Assembly: GCA_038087875.1 (NCBI GenBank)
Contig: JAXLNO010001731.1
Span: 186,001-250,000 of the forward strand
Length of the DNA stretch: 64,000 nucleotides
Direction of reading: 5' to 3'
From: Malacoraja senta
Taxonomy: Eukaryota
The position numbers and the translations under genes are program-made. This document shows positions 28,631 through 41,838 of this stretch, piece by piece (within the stretch, counting starts at the first letter, position 1; the number at the start of each line of letters is the position of its first letter). The notes below the pieces were generated by a model. It ran no database searches, was not told the origin of the DNA, and worked only from the letters and a program-made list of their open reading frames with translations.

Positions 28631-29274
28631 ACTCTTCTAAGTATCTAATTCCAGACTAACAATTTTTTCACTGCAAATATTTTATATAATTTGCCCTAGG
28701 CTGTGTTTGGATAATTATACAAACCTTTCGCAGGTCTGTTCTTGCTCTGTATACTGCTTTCAACTTGGGAGACAGAATATCCAAGCACGTTGATATGGTA
28801 GCAAAGGAAAAAACAGGAATGGGTTTAATACTTTTTGATCATGGTTCTATGAGCAGTAAGAAGATTGAATGACTGCCATTAGGAAAGAAAGGAATGTGTT
28901 TCAGACCAGATGCTATCTGGCCTGCTGAGTATTAAAACGTTTTTCTGTTTTTATTTAAGGTGCATTGAGAGGTTAATATCCTTGAAGTACTTACTGAGTT
29001 GATCAGTAGAAGATCTTGGTATGGTGCATATTAACATTAACTGCACTGTTTAAAAAAAGTACTACATCCAGCATGTTGGAAGAGCTGAACTGCCCCAATT
29101 AGGACAGAGTTTTGATTTGCAACTGATAGTAGGAAATTTGATCTTGTATCAGGTTTGATGCTCTTTATTTTCCTCCGTTTATAGAGTTTCTTACTAAAGT
29201 AAGGAGGTTTTAATCTCATCACTAAACCCATGAATGTTTCATTTTCTATGTACACATCAGAATATCAGAAAACA

Positions 29275-29280
29275 TTTATT
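29275..29280 (-). terminator. Candidate SCN3B polyadenylation signal
   Basis: AATAAA on the minus strand about 1.4 kb downstream of the stop codon. It is only one of several candidates. Confidence 0.3.
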
Positions 29281-30652
29281 CCCCCCCCCCTTCCCTCCCT
29301 TCACCCCCATTTAGTAAATTGGATGTACCATCCCGCAGAATAAATCGAATCATGCAAAAGCTACACCTGGCAGTGTGATTTCTATGTATGCATCTTAAAA
29401 TTGTTCCCTCAAATAACACGAATACCAGCTTATCCAAACACTGTATAAGACAATATTAACTAGTTATTCTGCAGTTCATAGCACTTTGTTACAAAAAAGT
29501 AGTGTTAGAGATTGAAAAATAGTGGTCAAAATTGCAACGACTTGGAAGAGAAATGAACATCACACTATTTATCAAGAATTGGAAACACCAGTATCATTTC
29601 AATGTTTGTGTAATATTTGAAATATTACAATCCACAAATAATCTCCCTTTAAATTAAGCAAATGTAAATGGGTTTGTGTAACAAATAGTGTGATGAAGTC
29701 AGGTTTTTATCATTTCAGACCAAAACCAAGTTTATCTTTAAATTGTCAATAACATGAATTGGGAATTATAATAAAGCGGTCGGTGCGTTATCATTAAAAT
29801 AGTCTGTACATTATTGATTAAAACCTGTTTACCAGGAAAGCAAATAGACCATAAGATAGCTTGCACTTCATTAGCAAACTTGTCAACAGGGAATAAAATC
29901 TGTACAATTACAAAATGTGGACTCAAAATGGATGTTCACAAACCCCTTGTAAAATGTGCTGTAAAAGAGAGAATTTGATTCCTTTTAATCACATGTCCAT
30001 AGGTTGTTGGTTATAAATAGTGGCACAGAATTCAATACTAGAGAGTCCAAACATTTGTTTCTTTTTCTAGTTTTCAACATTCAGTCCATTGCATTGATAG
30101 TGGCTGATCTTCCCAGGCTGGCAGTCAATGACCTTGAGAAGAAACAGTAGTTGGACAAGGTACCAAATATATATTCTAACCTTATTACATAGTACAATAT
30201 CTGTGAAAATATATTACAGATCCGTGGATGTAGTCGACGAGGTCTATTGAGTTTAACATAATGTTATTTATTTAAAAGCATATTTAATTGTAATTTAATT
30301 AATTGAAAAAATACAAACTATAAACACTGAAAATCTAAGCTGAAAAGATTTAAATTGATCAATTAAATTAAAATATAGAAACCCATTTGGCTCAGTATCA
30401 ATACCAGTATTGTGCCTTAACTACAATGGTCTACTTCAATTTCACTGCTTTTGAATTATACCCATAGAAATATAAACAAGGCAGACAGAATCTGAAAGAA
30501 AAAAACGAAAGTTACAATTTCAATTAAACTAGGCTAGTTCTTGGGTGTGTGATTATCTAATAACTCTATATTTTGAAGCTTTGATTTTACTTTGAACAAA
30601 ACGTATACCAAATTATTCTTACCAATACATCCTAGATCCAAAGCAAATGTTT

Positions 30653-30719
30653 CTATTCCTCCACAGGAACGGTTGACTGTTTCTCTTTGTTTCCAGAGGG
30701 TATTGCCAGATAGTCTGCC
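30653..30719 (-). CDS. SCN3B: SCN3B coding exon 5 (C-terminus)
   Basis: Acceptor cctttacag; encodes (A)ADYLAIPSGNKEKQSTVPVEE*, retaining the DYLAIPS motif and VPVEE end. Confidence 0.95.
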
Positions 30720-31092
30720 CTGTAAAGGTAATTGGATTGGAAATCAATTTGAATATCCAGAATGTCACATAATTTCATTGTGATTGCCTTGGACCTGGTC
30801 TACTAAAGACAAGCAAAACCATTCTCAGTTTTCATCCAGTAAGCATGAAATACCCAATGTTACCATTTTATTTGATGCAATTTCAAAAGAGCCAAGAATA
30901 ATTAAAGTAAACATTAAAAAAAAGAATGAACAATGATACTGCACAAAATATAGTAAGGTCTAAATAAGAATGTAAAAATAACTATATATTTAATTACTTT
31001 AAGCATCCAAGACATAGAAATTCAAGCACAACCAAAGAAATGCTGGAATATATTCCCTGTGATTGATTGGTTGGTCCTGTGATATTGGGAAT

Positions 31093-31186
31093 AGACACAA
31101 AATGCTGGGGTAACTCAGCGGCACAGGCAGCATCTCTGGAGAGAAGGAATGGGTGAGGTTTAAGGTCAAGACCCTTCTTCAGACTC
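31093..31186 (-). mobile_element. 94-bp Penelope terminal-repeat insertion (hammerhead-like motif plus tail) with TSD
   Basis: Minus strand reads agtCTGAAGAagggtcttgacctTAAAcctcaccc...gctgagttaccccagcattttgtgtct. Flanked by tgatattgggaat (31080-31092) and tgatattggaat (31187-31198). Confidence 0.75.
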
Positions 31187-31647
31187 TGATATTGGAATGG
31201 GCCTAATGTTCATGGAACCTGGGAAGAGGCATCTGAGAGTGGGCCAAAGCATTAGCGCAGTAGTTCTCATATAATTGTTCAGAGGGAGATCAGGTCAGGG
31301 ATGCTATCCGTTGTCTACAGTCAACTCAATCAACAATGACAGAGGCAGTTTACTTTGCATTTCTGTGGCTATATAAATGTGCCTGCCATTGGAGATCCTG
31401 ATGAGGAGGTAAGGTGCCCCACATTCTACTAGCTTATTCTGAGTCCGCCTAAACTGCTAAGTTTTATGCAGATTGCTGTTGGTCAAACCACAGAGTCGTG
31501 AAACTTGCTCAGCGATTATTTTAGATCCTCAGTATACCATCTGCATTTATCAGGTGTTTAATGTTCTAAGAATAATATTAAATCCCTTTGACAATGCCTC
31601 AGCAAAATCAGGCCCAAAACAAGTACACAATGTTCTGATGTTACTTA

Positions 31648-31848
<201 letters not shown>

Positions 31849-33212
31849 CTATATCGAGTTAAACTTTCTTCGGAATCTAATGTTATATTTTCATTTTCCC
31901 ACTTTCTCTATTGGAATCGGAAGCTGTTCGAGATGATGGTTTGAAATTGATTAGATCCATTGCAATGGGATATGATTCACAGGTTTCATTGCTAAATATT
32001 TAGTCTGAAAGATGGCTGCTGCTGATAGTTTCAGGTTATGATTTGAAGTTGAAACCAAGTTGGTCCAGTATTTGCAGATGTAATGATGGTGAATTCATCA
32101 TCATCATCATGACACTAGAACTGACAGACATTATGGTATCTGGATGCGTGCAATGAACCACAAAATCCAAATGCCATTGTTAGTGATCTCCTGTTCCTCC
32201 AGAGGGAGCACTGTTGCAGTTTCTGGAAGTGTAATCATAAAATTAGTAAAATAGTGGCAGCTTTAATTTTCTATTTACAATCTAAATATGCAAGCGATTT
32301 GAAGATTGAGCTTTGTTGAATGAGTTAAGTGAAATTTTAATGATATATTATTAACTGTAATACTGTAGGAGCCATTTATGATTAAGTTAATATATTATAG
32401 CCATGTCTAGATATTTCTAGTTTTATCTTTATTGTATGCTTGTGGGTGGGATTTGATATGTAGTAGGGCGTAGTAGGGAGGCTGGAGTAACCACAGAGAT
32501 TGGGATTCAGTTTAGCCTTGAGAGATGGTTGAGACAACAGTTTTTTTACCACTCTCACACGACTCTATACAACACGAAACGGATGAAACAGTTAGAAAGA
32601 ATAAAAAGTTACAATTTGTATTTGAATAAGAAATACTTGATATAAATCATTTATTTGTTTGTACTACTTCAATAAAAGACCAATTAATCAAGAAACAATG
32701 ACTGGGAGATTCGCTTTTGCTATAGACGAGTGCGTAAGCTATATATCTTCTACATCCCCGAGTAGTAATGGCAATCAAAAGTTGGACATTGGAAAGTTAA
32801 GAAATTGCCATTACAAATACCAAACAACTTCTCCGTCTTTGATTTTTGTGTGTGTGTGCATAGATTTTTACTTCACCAGAATAACATCCACAAATACTAC
32901 TATTTTAAATTGTGTGTTTGATAATTCAGCTTCTATTTAGTCCCATGCATACGTCTATCTTAATTTTACTTATCAATGTTCACTGAAATACTAATTAAAA
33001 TGTTCAGTCTTGAGGTTACAGGAGCCAAATGTAACTTAAAATTGCTGAGGTTCTAAATTCTGTTAGAGGTAACTTTTCCTTTCTATCATTTCCTGTTGCA
33101 TGTTTACTATCATTAAAGATATTTTGTAGATTTTAAAGGCGCATGTTGAAAGCTTCTGCCTTGAAGAAAGAGTCAAACCATCCAATTAAATAAACAATAT
33201 AAGCAAGTATAT

Positions 33213-33670
33213 CAGTGGGTTAGCATATGATGAGTATTTTACAGCACTGGGCCTCTTCTTGCTGGAGTTTAGAAGGTTGAGGGTGGACCTCATTGATACT
33301 TACAGAATAATGAAAAGGATAGATAGAGTGGATGTGGAAAGGACGTTCTCACTGGTGGGACAGCCCAGGACCAGAGGTCATAGCCTCAGAATTAAAGGGC
33401 GCTCTTTTAGAAAGTAGGTGAGGAGGAGCTTCTTTCGTCAGAGGGTAGTTAATCTGTGGAACTCATTGTCACAGAGGGCTGTGGAGGCCAAGTCAGTGGC
33501 TATTTTTAAGGCAGAGATAGACAAATTCTTGATTAGAATGGGTGTCAAGGGTTATGGGGAGAAGGCAGGAAAATGGGATTAGGAGGCCGAGATCAGCCAT
33601 GATTGAATGTCAGAGTGGACTCGATGGGCCAAATGGCCTAATTCTACTCCTATAACTTGTGAACTTGTGA
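33213..33670 (+). mobile_element. CR1 LINE 3' fragment
   Basis: ctgggcctcttcttgctggagtttagaaggttgagggtggacctcattga...ggccaaatggcctaattctactcct with an (aacttgtg)2 tail. Confidence 0.85.
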
Positions 33671-34674
33671 TAATTTATTTTGTCCATACTCCATTGCCAC
33701 TGAGGTGCCTTTTTGGAGGAATGTTGTAAATTTCTTCACAGCATTTCCTTTATTAAAATGGTGAAGTATTAATAAATTAAAGGGGTTCTACATCTACATT
33801 TCTAAAACTCTTCAGGCGAACTGGATGAGTGTGATATACATATATAGGTTAACATAACATTTTAAAATGAAGAATGAGAAAGATGAATTAAAGTTCAAAT
33901 GGCAATAAATAGTTTACTCTTCATAAGTTTTCAATATACTGTAGTTAGAAATGGAAGAAATTGTAATTAATTCTGCAATAGAATATATTTTTAAAATGTT
34001 AAACTAGTCACTTAATTTGGTTATAATTGCTATACATAAATGAAGGATTAAATGTATTATTTTCCCGATTGCATACTTTGGACCCATTATACACCTGCTA
34101 TTCTAACTTGATAAACTGCAATTACATAATCGTATTTTTAGTTATGACTTCCTTCCCATGTTTTATCTCCTTCCCTTCCTTTAAACAACCATTTATTGAC
34201 ATTGCCCTCTTGCGAAAGTGGTGCTTTATGAGCTTGGACATAGTGTGTCAGGAGGTTTATTCCTTAGAACTCAGAATGAATCCTTGGATGGAGATCTAAA
34301 ATATGCTGTTTTATTTTTGTATTTTATCCCAGGGGAGATCAGCAGCCAGCTGCTACCTGAACTGCAATTAGCCAATCCAGACAGGCTACAAATTGCTAGG
34401 TATGTCTTTAAGACTTAATGTTAACCTGTATGTGAAAACCAAAGTTAAAATTAATATTTAACAATGATGTTTCACAATTCAAATTGTAGCATTATCTATT
34501 CATTAGTTCTACTCAAGCCTTTGAATCATTATAGGTTTGTGGAGTATTCTACAAAACCTTTATCCATGAGAAGTGTTCAAAATGTTGGTGCCTTTCACAG
34601 GTTAAACAATATTAACCATCAGTGTTGTGAACTAAATTCTGCAATTCTCAGCACACAGAACTTAATCTTCTCAC

Positions 34675-34900
34675 CGTCTTCATGTACTGTTAGCTGAACA
34701 TCTTTCACATCTGTCACAGAAGGTCTGTGTATCTTATAATTAAAATAGCGTTTGATCGTGCACCGGTACAAACCACTGTCGTTTAGGGTAACATTCACTA
34801 TGGTTATGGATACATCTTGCAGATCTTTACTTCCACTCCACAGAATTCTGCCCTGATAAGGTCCTTTTAGCCCTCGTGGCTCTCCGTTGAACTCATAAAT
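34675..34900 (-). CDS. SCN3B: SCN3B coding exon 3 (second half of Ig-V domain)
   Basis: Acceptor tttgtgacag, donor GTGAGA, 226 nt. Encodes IYEFNGEPRGLKGPYQGRILWSGSKDLQDVSITIVNVTLNDSGLYRCTIKRYFNYKIHRPSVTDVKDVQLTVHED. Confidence 0.97.
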
Positions 34901-36221
34901 CTGTCACAAAGACACAGATTTCATCATTGATGTATTGCTAAAATGCCAACTTTATAATTTCCCCCAATCCCAACCTCTTGCACTGAACACACTGACTTGT
35001 GCTGAGGTGCAGGCAAATGTATCTGTTTGATGCCTTACCCATATATAAAATAAAATATTGAGTTTTTACAAACTGTTTTTACCCTTGCACTGTCTCCACC
35101 AATATGTTCCTTCAACAGTGGAGTACTATTTTGTAGCAGGCTTCAGAAATGGCCTTTTGTTTTCCTCTCTCTTTCCCGACCCTTGGGGAACTGAGGTTAA
35201 TTCTGACATGAAAGCTTTCACCCCAATGGGACTAAGCAGTTGATCACAAACCTACCATCAAATGTGGAACCTTCCTCGTATCCATATAGCTCAAATCTAA
35301 ACTCAGATAAACTATTCAACATATAAATGATTAGAAAGCAACTGGAGTGCTTTCACCATGAAATAGTAAAATTATAGCTTATAACTATAACAATATCAAA
35401 AGACCAAATATTCCTGAAAATTTGAACGGAGAAAGAAGAACCACTAAACATAACTAAATCCCCAAATAAACCAATGAATAAATTAAACCGTTTACAAGTC
35501 CAGAAATAAAAGCTATGGTACAATTATCCATGCTGATCATTATGTTGCTAATGTACATCTCTTGCCTGAAACAACAGCAATAAGTGCGATCCGAGGCATG
35601 GAAATATGAGGAATGCATAATTTCACTTGAAACTCGATTCCACCTATAACTAAAACTTGATTTCACCAGGTTGGATGAAAATACTGCCTCCTTAGTTCTA
35701 CATTGACTCTCAGTAAATTGATCCATTGTACATGGACACTAAAAATTAATCTGCCTGGGAATATTTCATTCTGATACTGGTTATAAAGTGCCAGCCTGTT
35801 TTGGGCACAAGCTCGACTCTCCAATGTATATTCTGCAACATTCACAGAAAAAGGGGAATTACATTGTAGCTGTTAATTAAAAATGTATTCACTATTTGCA
35901 GTGATTTGAAGATGCTCACCACACAGATGTAGAATTTGTATTAAGCCGCTAAAATATCAATGAAGCAAATTTTATATTTTATTGAGAAGGGCCTTAATTA
36001 TTTTACAATGTAATCATCAGACTAATTACACTGGGAATCTATTGGACTTTAATATGATATTTAATTCAAATTTTAATAATCACTATCTATTTTGGGGATC
36101 TCTCCCTATTTGATTATACAAACATTTTAAACTTTTTTTGATTACCAGCAAGTTGTTTTATAATGGACACATAATATTCTAATGTTTATTGATCTTATCT
36201 TTATTCCATTTTCCATTCAGA

Positions 36222-36528
36222 CGTTAGAAACTTTAGACTTTTGAGATACAGCGTGGAGTGGAAACAGTCCCTTAGGCCCACTGAGTCTGCGCCGACCAGC
36301 AATCATCCCCGTACACTCTCCTGTACATTAGGGACAATTTACAATTTATTTTTCAACAAGGCCAATTAACCTACAAACTTACACGTTTGGGACGAAACAG
36401 GAGCACCCAGAGAAAACCCATGCGATCACAAGGGAGAACGTACAAACTCTGTACAGACAGCACCCGTAGTCAGGATCGAACCCGGGTCTCTGCCGCCATA
36501 AGATAGCAACTCTACCACTGTGCCACCC
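36222..36528 (-). mobile_element. HE1-like V-SINE
   Basis: gaaacaggagcacccagagaaaacccatgcg, caggatcgaacccggg, 5' end tgtgccaccc. Confidence 0.85.
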
Positions 36529-37177
36529 TTGTTCTACTATATTGTGCACTGAAATGCACAATATAGTAATGACTTTGTATTACAGTCTGCTTCCAAAATT
36601 CAATTTTGTTAAAGTCAGTGGAGCTGAATTTTGAAAGCATAATTCAGCATGCAGCAATCACTAGATTGCATATTTAATGCTACCAACCATGGATGAATTT
36701 CTGATTGAAAAGTCAGTAACCAGAATGGTTGCTCTGTTTCCTTTGCCATGGTTTGATGTGCTGAGTATTTACAGTACTTTCTCTTTTTAATTCAGGTTTA
36801 AGGCATCTGCATTTTTTTTTGCTTTACAAGGGAAATGTTTTAACTGTGTGAATAAAGACGAATACTGGAAGAATTCAATGTGTCGAACAATATGTGTGAG
36901 GGCAAAAGATATAACTTGATATTTCAGACCCTGCATTAGGACTGAGAGGGGGCAGGAAAGATTTCCAGGAGATTGCAGTACTTAGAGGGTTTGAATAGAG
37001 GCTGGTAAGTGTTAGGTAGAATCAGATGGGGAGGGGATGATGGGCAGATAGAACCAGGGTTGGGGGGGAGAACTGAAATGGGAGCTGGACAGAGTGGCTT
37101 TCCAGTGACAAAAAATATTAATCTCATTAGTTTGGTTCAGTGGACAAAAAGTATTATTAATAATGTAATACAATAAT

Positions 37178-37865
37178 AGAGACACTAAGAACTGCAGATG
37201 CTGAAACCACAAAGTCTGGCATATATCGGCAGGTCAGGCAGCACCTCTGGAGGACATGGATAGGTGATGTCTCGGGTTGGGATCCTTCTTCAGACAGATT
37301 GTAGTAGGGGGAAAGCAATGGGATGAGACAAAGCCTGGTAAGTGATAAGTGGATATAGATGAAGGATGTTGATTGGTCAATGGGTGGACAAAGGCTAAAG
37401 ATAAAAAGGAGACATGAGGATGTCAGATAAAAAGAACAGAGGAGTGAAATGTAAAGCCAAAGGGAGGGATATGGGTGGAAGGGGACAGGAAGCAGGGGGA
37501 GAAAGGGGGCAGATAATGGAAGAAATGGGTGGGGTTTGGGGGGACTGCCCAATGCTCCCCCCTCTCCTCCCACCCACCCCACCCCATTCCACCCATATCC
37601 CTCCTTCGAGCTTTACATTTCACTCCTCTCCTTATCTGACATCCTTTTGTGCACTTTCCATCCTTGGTTTATGGCCACCCAACTGGCAATCAACCAGCCC
37701 CTCACCTCCATCCACCTATTACTAGTTGGGTTTTGTCCCACTCCCACCTCTTTTTCAGTTTTCTGCAATCAGTCTGAAGAAAGGTCCTGGCTCAAAACAT
37801 TGCCTGTCTGTGCCCTCCAGAGATGCTGTCTGACCCACTGAGTTACTCCAGGACATTGTGTTTTA
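37178..37865. mobile_element. Inverted pair of Penelope-like 3' ends
   Basis: Purine-rich minus arm 37178-~37548 and pyrimidine-rich plus arm ~37549-37865, each ending in the CTGAAGA...gagttactccag terminal repeat. Possible degenerate 20-bp TSD at 37158-37177 and 37876-37895. Confidence 0.72.
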
Positions 37866-38258
37866 CTTAATAAAATAATAACGTGATACAAAAATGATAG
37901 ATTCTAGTTATTTTTATGGGAATTTAATGATTGCAGTCTTCAAACAACATAATCAATGCATAACCATTTATTTCAACAGTATATGATTTCAGTTTCTAAA
38001 TAATGATTTTTGACTTCAATATGCTAAGGACTGCTTAGATGATATGGACCGTGGTAATATTGTGTGGACCCCTGAATTTTCTTAACAGAAACTTGTTAAT
38101 GACCAACAAAAGGGCCTCACCTATCTAAGTTTTTTGTCTGTTTAATTTGCCCTTTGTATAACGTCTACCTATAAATGTCAACCTGATATTTAACAGAGAT
38201 CTATTTTTACCTTGTGAATAAAATATTCTTTATTTTATATTTTTAAGTAGACACGTAC

Positions 38259-38419
38259 TGATATCTCTTGATCATTATTGACGTAGGTCCATGCAACCAA
38301 GGTGTCTGTATTCACTTCTTCCCTCCTCATACAGGAAATGCAAGTAAGCTTCATATTGGTTCCATGTAGGGCTTCAGTGTCTGAAGGAACTTCAACGCAG
38401 ACTAACTGGCAACACCGTA
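38259..38419 (-). CDS. SCN3B: SCN3B coding exon 2 (first half of Ig-V domain)
   Basis: Acceptor gtcttccacag, donor GTACGT, 161 nt. Encodes VRCCQLVCVEVPSDTEALHGTNMKLTCISCMRREEVNTDTLVAWTYVNNDQEIS (VCVEVPS..MKL.CISCM beta-3 signature). Confidence 0.97.
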
Positions 38420-39382
38420 CTGTGGAAGACAAAAGCAGAAACCAGTCTAAATTCACCTCAAGATAGCATCTTTTCATAACTGAGGATAGGCTATATAGGA
38501 CAATCACACAGACACAAGAAACTGCACATGCTGAAATCTTAAGCAAAAACAAACTGCTCAAGTTACTCCAGCACTTTTTTCTATTTTGCACAGGAAAATC
38601 ACATTCTGCTTGTTTCCGAATGATGGTGTTCCACAAACCCCGTCAGGCTTCAACCATGCTAATGCACCACACTGTCATTCATTTTCTCCATGGTTTCTGT
38701 GATCTACATTATACATAAATTAATTTTTGAATTTGTATTTTTTGGGGAGAAATAGAATAGGTTCACTTTAATTGTTCAAATCAAGGTTAAAATATATAAC
38801 TTTAACATTTTAACCTACTTACCAAATGTTATATCCACTTTATGCACCCTAGTGCATAAAGAATGCATTTAAGTAATGACTTTTTTTTTCATTTCAGTTG
38901 AGCATCATTATTTTATCAGGAGCATCTGACATGTCATATTTTTCCATCACATGACAGATTTTTCCTTTGTTTACGCTTAACCCATACATTATTATCATTG
39001 ATATATTATTTTAGAACCATATTAAAGAACGTGAAAGACATGCAGAAGAGAAATCTGTTGACTCACCTGAGCACATCCTTTAAAAACTCGACCATCCTAC
39101 CTAGAGTTCTACTAATTCAATTGCCAATTTATATGGTTTTCTTATTTCTAAATCTTTGGGCTCTTCATGCATGTCCTGTTCACCAGTGCTGTGGGTTGTT
39201 AGCCTGATACTCTAAGCCATTTTGCATTCACGATTGTTTCATTTGTATAAATGGCCTGAGGCCACCTTCAGCCTCTTTAACAGACAGGTTCTAGGGTTCC
39301 CAAATGGACCAGCTATGATCAGGTGGGCATAACTCTGGGCAGAAATGTGTGTCATCTGAGTATAGAGCAGTGGTGTGAAAAA

Positions 39383-40070
39383 AGAGACTGCAGATGCTAG
39401 AATCTGGAATAAAAATCAGAACACTGGAAGAACTAAGCAGGTCAAATAGCACCTGTGGAGGCAAACTGTTTGTCGACCTTTTGGGTTGCAACCTTGCAGC
39501 ACGACTGAGAGGGAAGAGAAAAGATTGCCAGTTTTCTAACAGTAGAGGTGAAGTTGGGACAAAGAGGCCAAACACAAATTGGAAGACTAATGGGCCTGTC
39601 CCACTTGGCAATTTTTTCGGCGACTGTCGGCGTCAATGACTGATATATCAGGTCACTGAAAAAGTCGCGGCATGACGACGTATAGACGCGCGGTGTCTCC
39701 TCATGTGTCGCAACATTTTTTTGTCTCCGCTGGATTTTGAAATGTTCAAAATCTTTCTGTGACCGTGATACGTCAGTCAATGACGCCGGCAGTCGCCGAA
39801 AAAAATCGGCAAGCGGGACAGGCCCTTAATATGGTATCTCACTTTCTGCTTGTTAGCTTACAACCCAATGATATGAACATTGAATTCTCCCAGCTTAACA
39901 TAACCCATACCCCCAGTGTCCTTCTCCCACACACACAAAGCCTCTCTATGTTGTTTTCTTCTCCTTTTCCCATCCATTCTGCAACCCCCTCTCCAGTTTG
40001 GTTCCATCTGCCCATTATCCATTATCCGTCTTTCACCAACCAGTCTTTGCCCCACACCTCCCTCGTACTG
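39383..40070. mobile_element. Old inverted Penelope-like remnants flanking a MITE
   Basis: Minus arm gagactgcagatgctagaatctgg...gaactaagcaggtcaaatagca; plus arm agcttacaacccaatgatatgaacattgaattctcc (GIY-YIG end). Confidence 0.6.
39591..39826. mobile_element. PIF/Harbinger MITE, 236 bp
   Basis: TAA|tgggcctgtcccacttg...caagcgggacaggccct|TAA (TSD at 39588-39590 and 39827-39829), with long palindromic arms. Confidence 0.88.
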
Positions 40071-41092
40071 CTTTATATTGGTAAACTTTTCTTTGTTAAT
40101 ATTGCAATGCCCTGTGTTACTATAGTATCTAAATTATAGATTTGGAAGATAAATATTTTAATTTAAAATTAAACAGCATTTTAAAATTAACATAGAACTC
40201 TCTCATCTTATTTTATAAAAAGCCAGACCTCTTAATTCATCTAAGAATTAAACATGACTGGAGTTCATTTCTTAAACAGATTGTTGATTACTAAAGCCTG
40301 TGCAGTTCACGTATTTATGACTTCCCACTGTATTTCATCATAAAGACTTATTTTCATCCCTTTAGTCGTTCAGTTAAATTTGCCTTTCTCTAATTACGTA
40401 ACTCCTTTATCCTTCTGCATAAGTAAATGATCTAAAATCTGTAATCATTGACGTCAACGTTTTCTAAATCTTTTCAAAGTCTTTACTAATGTATTTTGCC
40501 CAGATTATGTTTAATACTCAGTGTACAGTCGCACTAAAGTATGTTATCATTTATTTGTACATTGGTTTCAAAAGATTAGACATTACTCCTGCAATTCACA
40601 GAAATAAATTAGATTTATGAAAAAATCCTTGTAATTTTTAGTAATCCATCTTCCTCTAATTTGATTTATTTGTTGTTTAACAGACACAGTAAAGAGCATA
40701 ATGTTTATAATCCTGTAAGTCCCAACCAAAATCTTCAGTGAAAAATTAGGATGTGATTATTTACGTGGCCAAAGAGATTATAGTTTAAAAATGAGAACTA
40801 TTGCAATACATATTTAGAAGGAATTATTCCCCCCCGAACACAAAACCAAAGAATTGTGGTGTAATGTGCAAAGTAATCTGCAATAATAACGGAACATTTT
40901 GGAAATACTCAACATATTGGCTGTTGTAGAAAAAGGAAGAGTTAACATTTTAGGTTGTTGACTTTTTCTTCATTTCAACCTGACCTCCTAAATAATGCCC
41001 AGTAACGTGTTGCTAGGTGACGAATGCCTTTGAATGTGATGCCTTTTCTATTAAATGATGCTTCATTCACAATTCAAGGTTGTATGGCTGAG

Positions 41093-41670
41093 TGTTAGGC
41101 GCTCCCCCTCCTGGTCAATGCTATGTATTAACCTTTCTCTGTTTCTTTCCCGAGTGCAGGCCTCGTGGCTGTGAGTCTGGAATCAAGGGGTTAAAAGGCT
41201 CCTGTACCCGATTGGCCAAGCTGCGTCAGGTGACGGGTGACTCATCTGAAGCATAAATACAAGAGTTCCCAGAATTCTCACTCTCTTCTTCGACGACCCT
41301 GCCTCGTGAGCTGATAGCTGGTGTGAGCTGTGGAAGGCCTGGCCACAAGGCATGGAACTTTGTCTATTTTCAACATTACGTAGTACCAAATATTGAATTG
41401 GGACGTATAAGGGGCTGACCTAAGAGTTTTCGGTATTTTGTTTCAGGGTTAGATTTCTTTAGGCAGGTTTAGAGTCTCTGGTTCGACGGTCCATCACGTG
41501 GCTGGCTGGAGCACTTTAATTTGTTTGTTAATCCATTCATATCCTTGTCTGGGTTGTTGGAATCAGGTTTGGGTTTTGTGTTATTGAATAATAAAATAAT
41601 TTTTGAACTTGAACCTGGTTTTTGAGTATGTTACGTGACTCTGAAGTACCTGCTTTCGGGAGTCGTAACA
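41093..41670 (+). repeat. 5' LTR (578 bp)
   Basis: Direct repeat of 42829-43406 with about 9 substitutions counted by eye; contains cataaata (TATA-like), TGACTCA and aataaa. Confidence 0.95.
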
Positions 41671-41838
41671 AAATGGGGGCTCGTCCTAAGTTTTGAGGAC
41701 CCTAGACATTTTGGGGTGTTTTTTTTTGGTAGGCTTCTGGTGACTGAGGAAGTCTGTGTTGTGAGAAAAATTTGTTTTCACTGTTTGTGGTTGCATTGGT
41801 GCCCAGGGTTTAGCTGGTGGTTTGGTGCTACATTTGAA

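Noticed and set aside
34709-34718. Repeat of the exon 3 acceptor sequence (tgtgacagat) inside the exon as an alternative 3' splice site
   Set aside because: Its use would remove 190 nt, causing a frameshift and loss of the Ig domain. The pyrimidine tract is weak.
38235-38636. 133-aa ORF with a hydrophobic N-terminus as a single-exon SCN3B start
   Set aside because: Only 38259-38419 is bounded by splice sites. The extension is intronic and includes a Penelope tail remnant, and a proper 55-nt signal-peptide exon exists at 56648-56702.
39061-39110. Minus-strand donor CAG|GTGAGT with an upstream ATG as an alternative SCN3B first exon
   Set aside because: The phase (2) is incompatible with exon 2 (needs phase 1) and the peptide is not a signal sequence.
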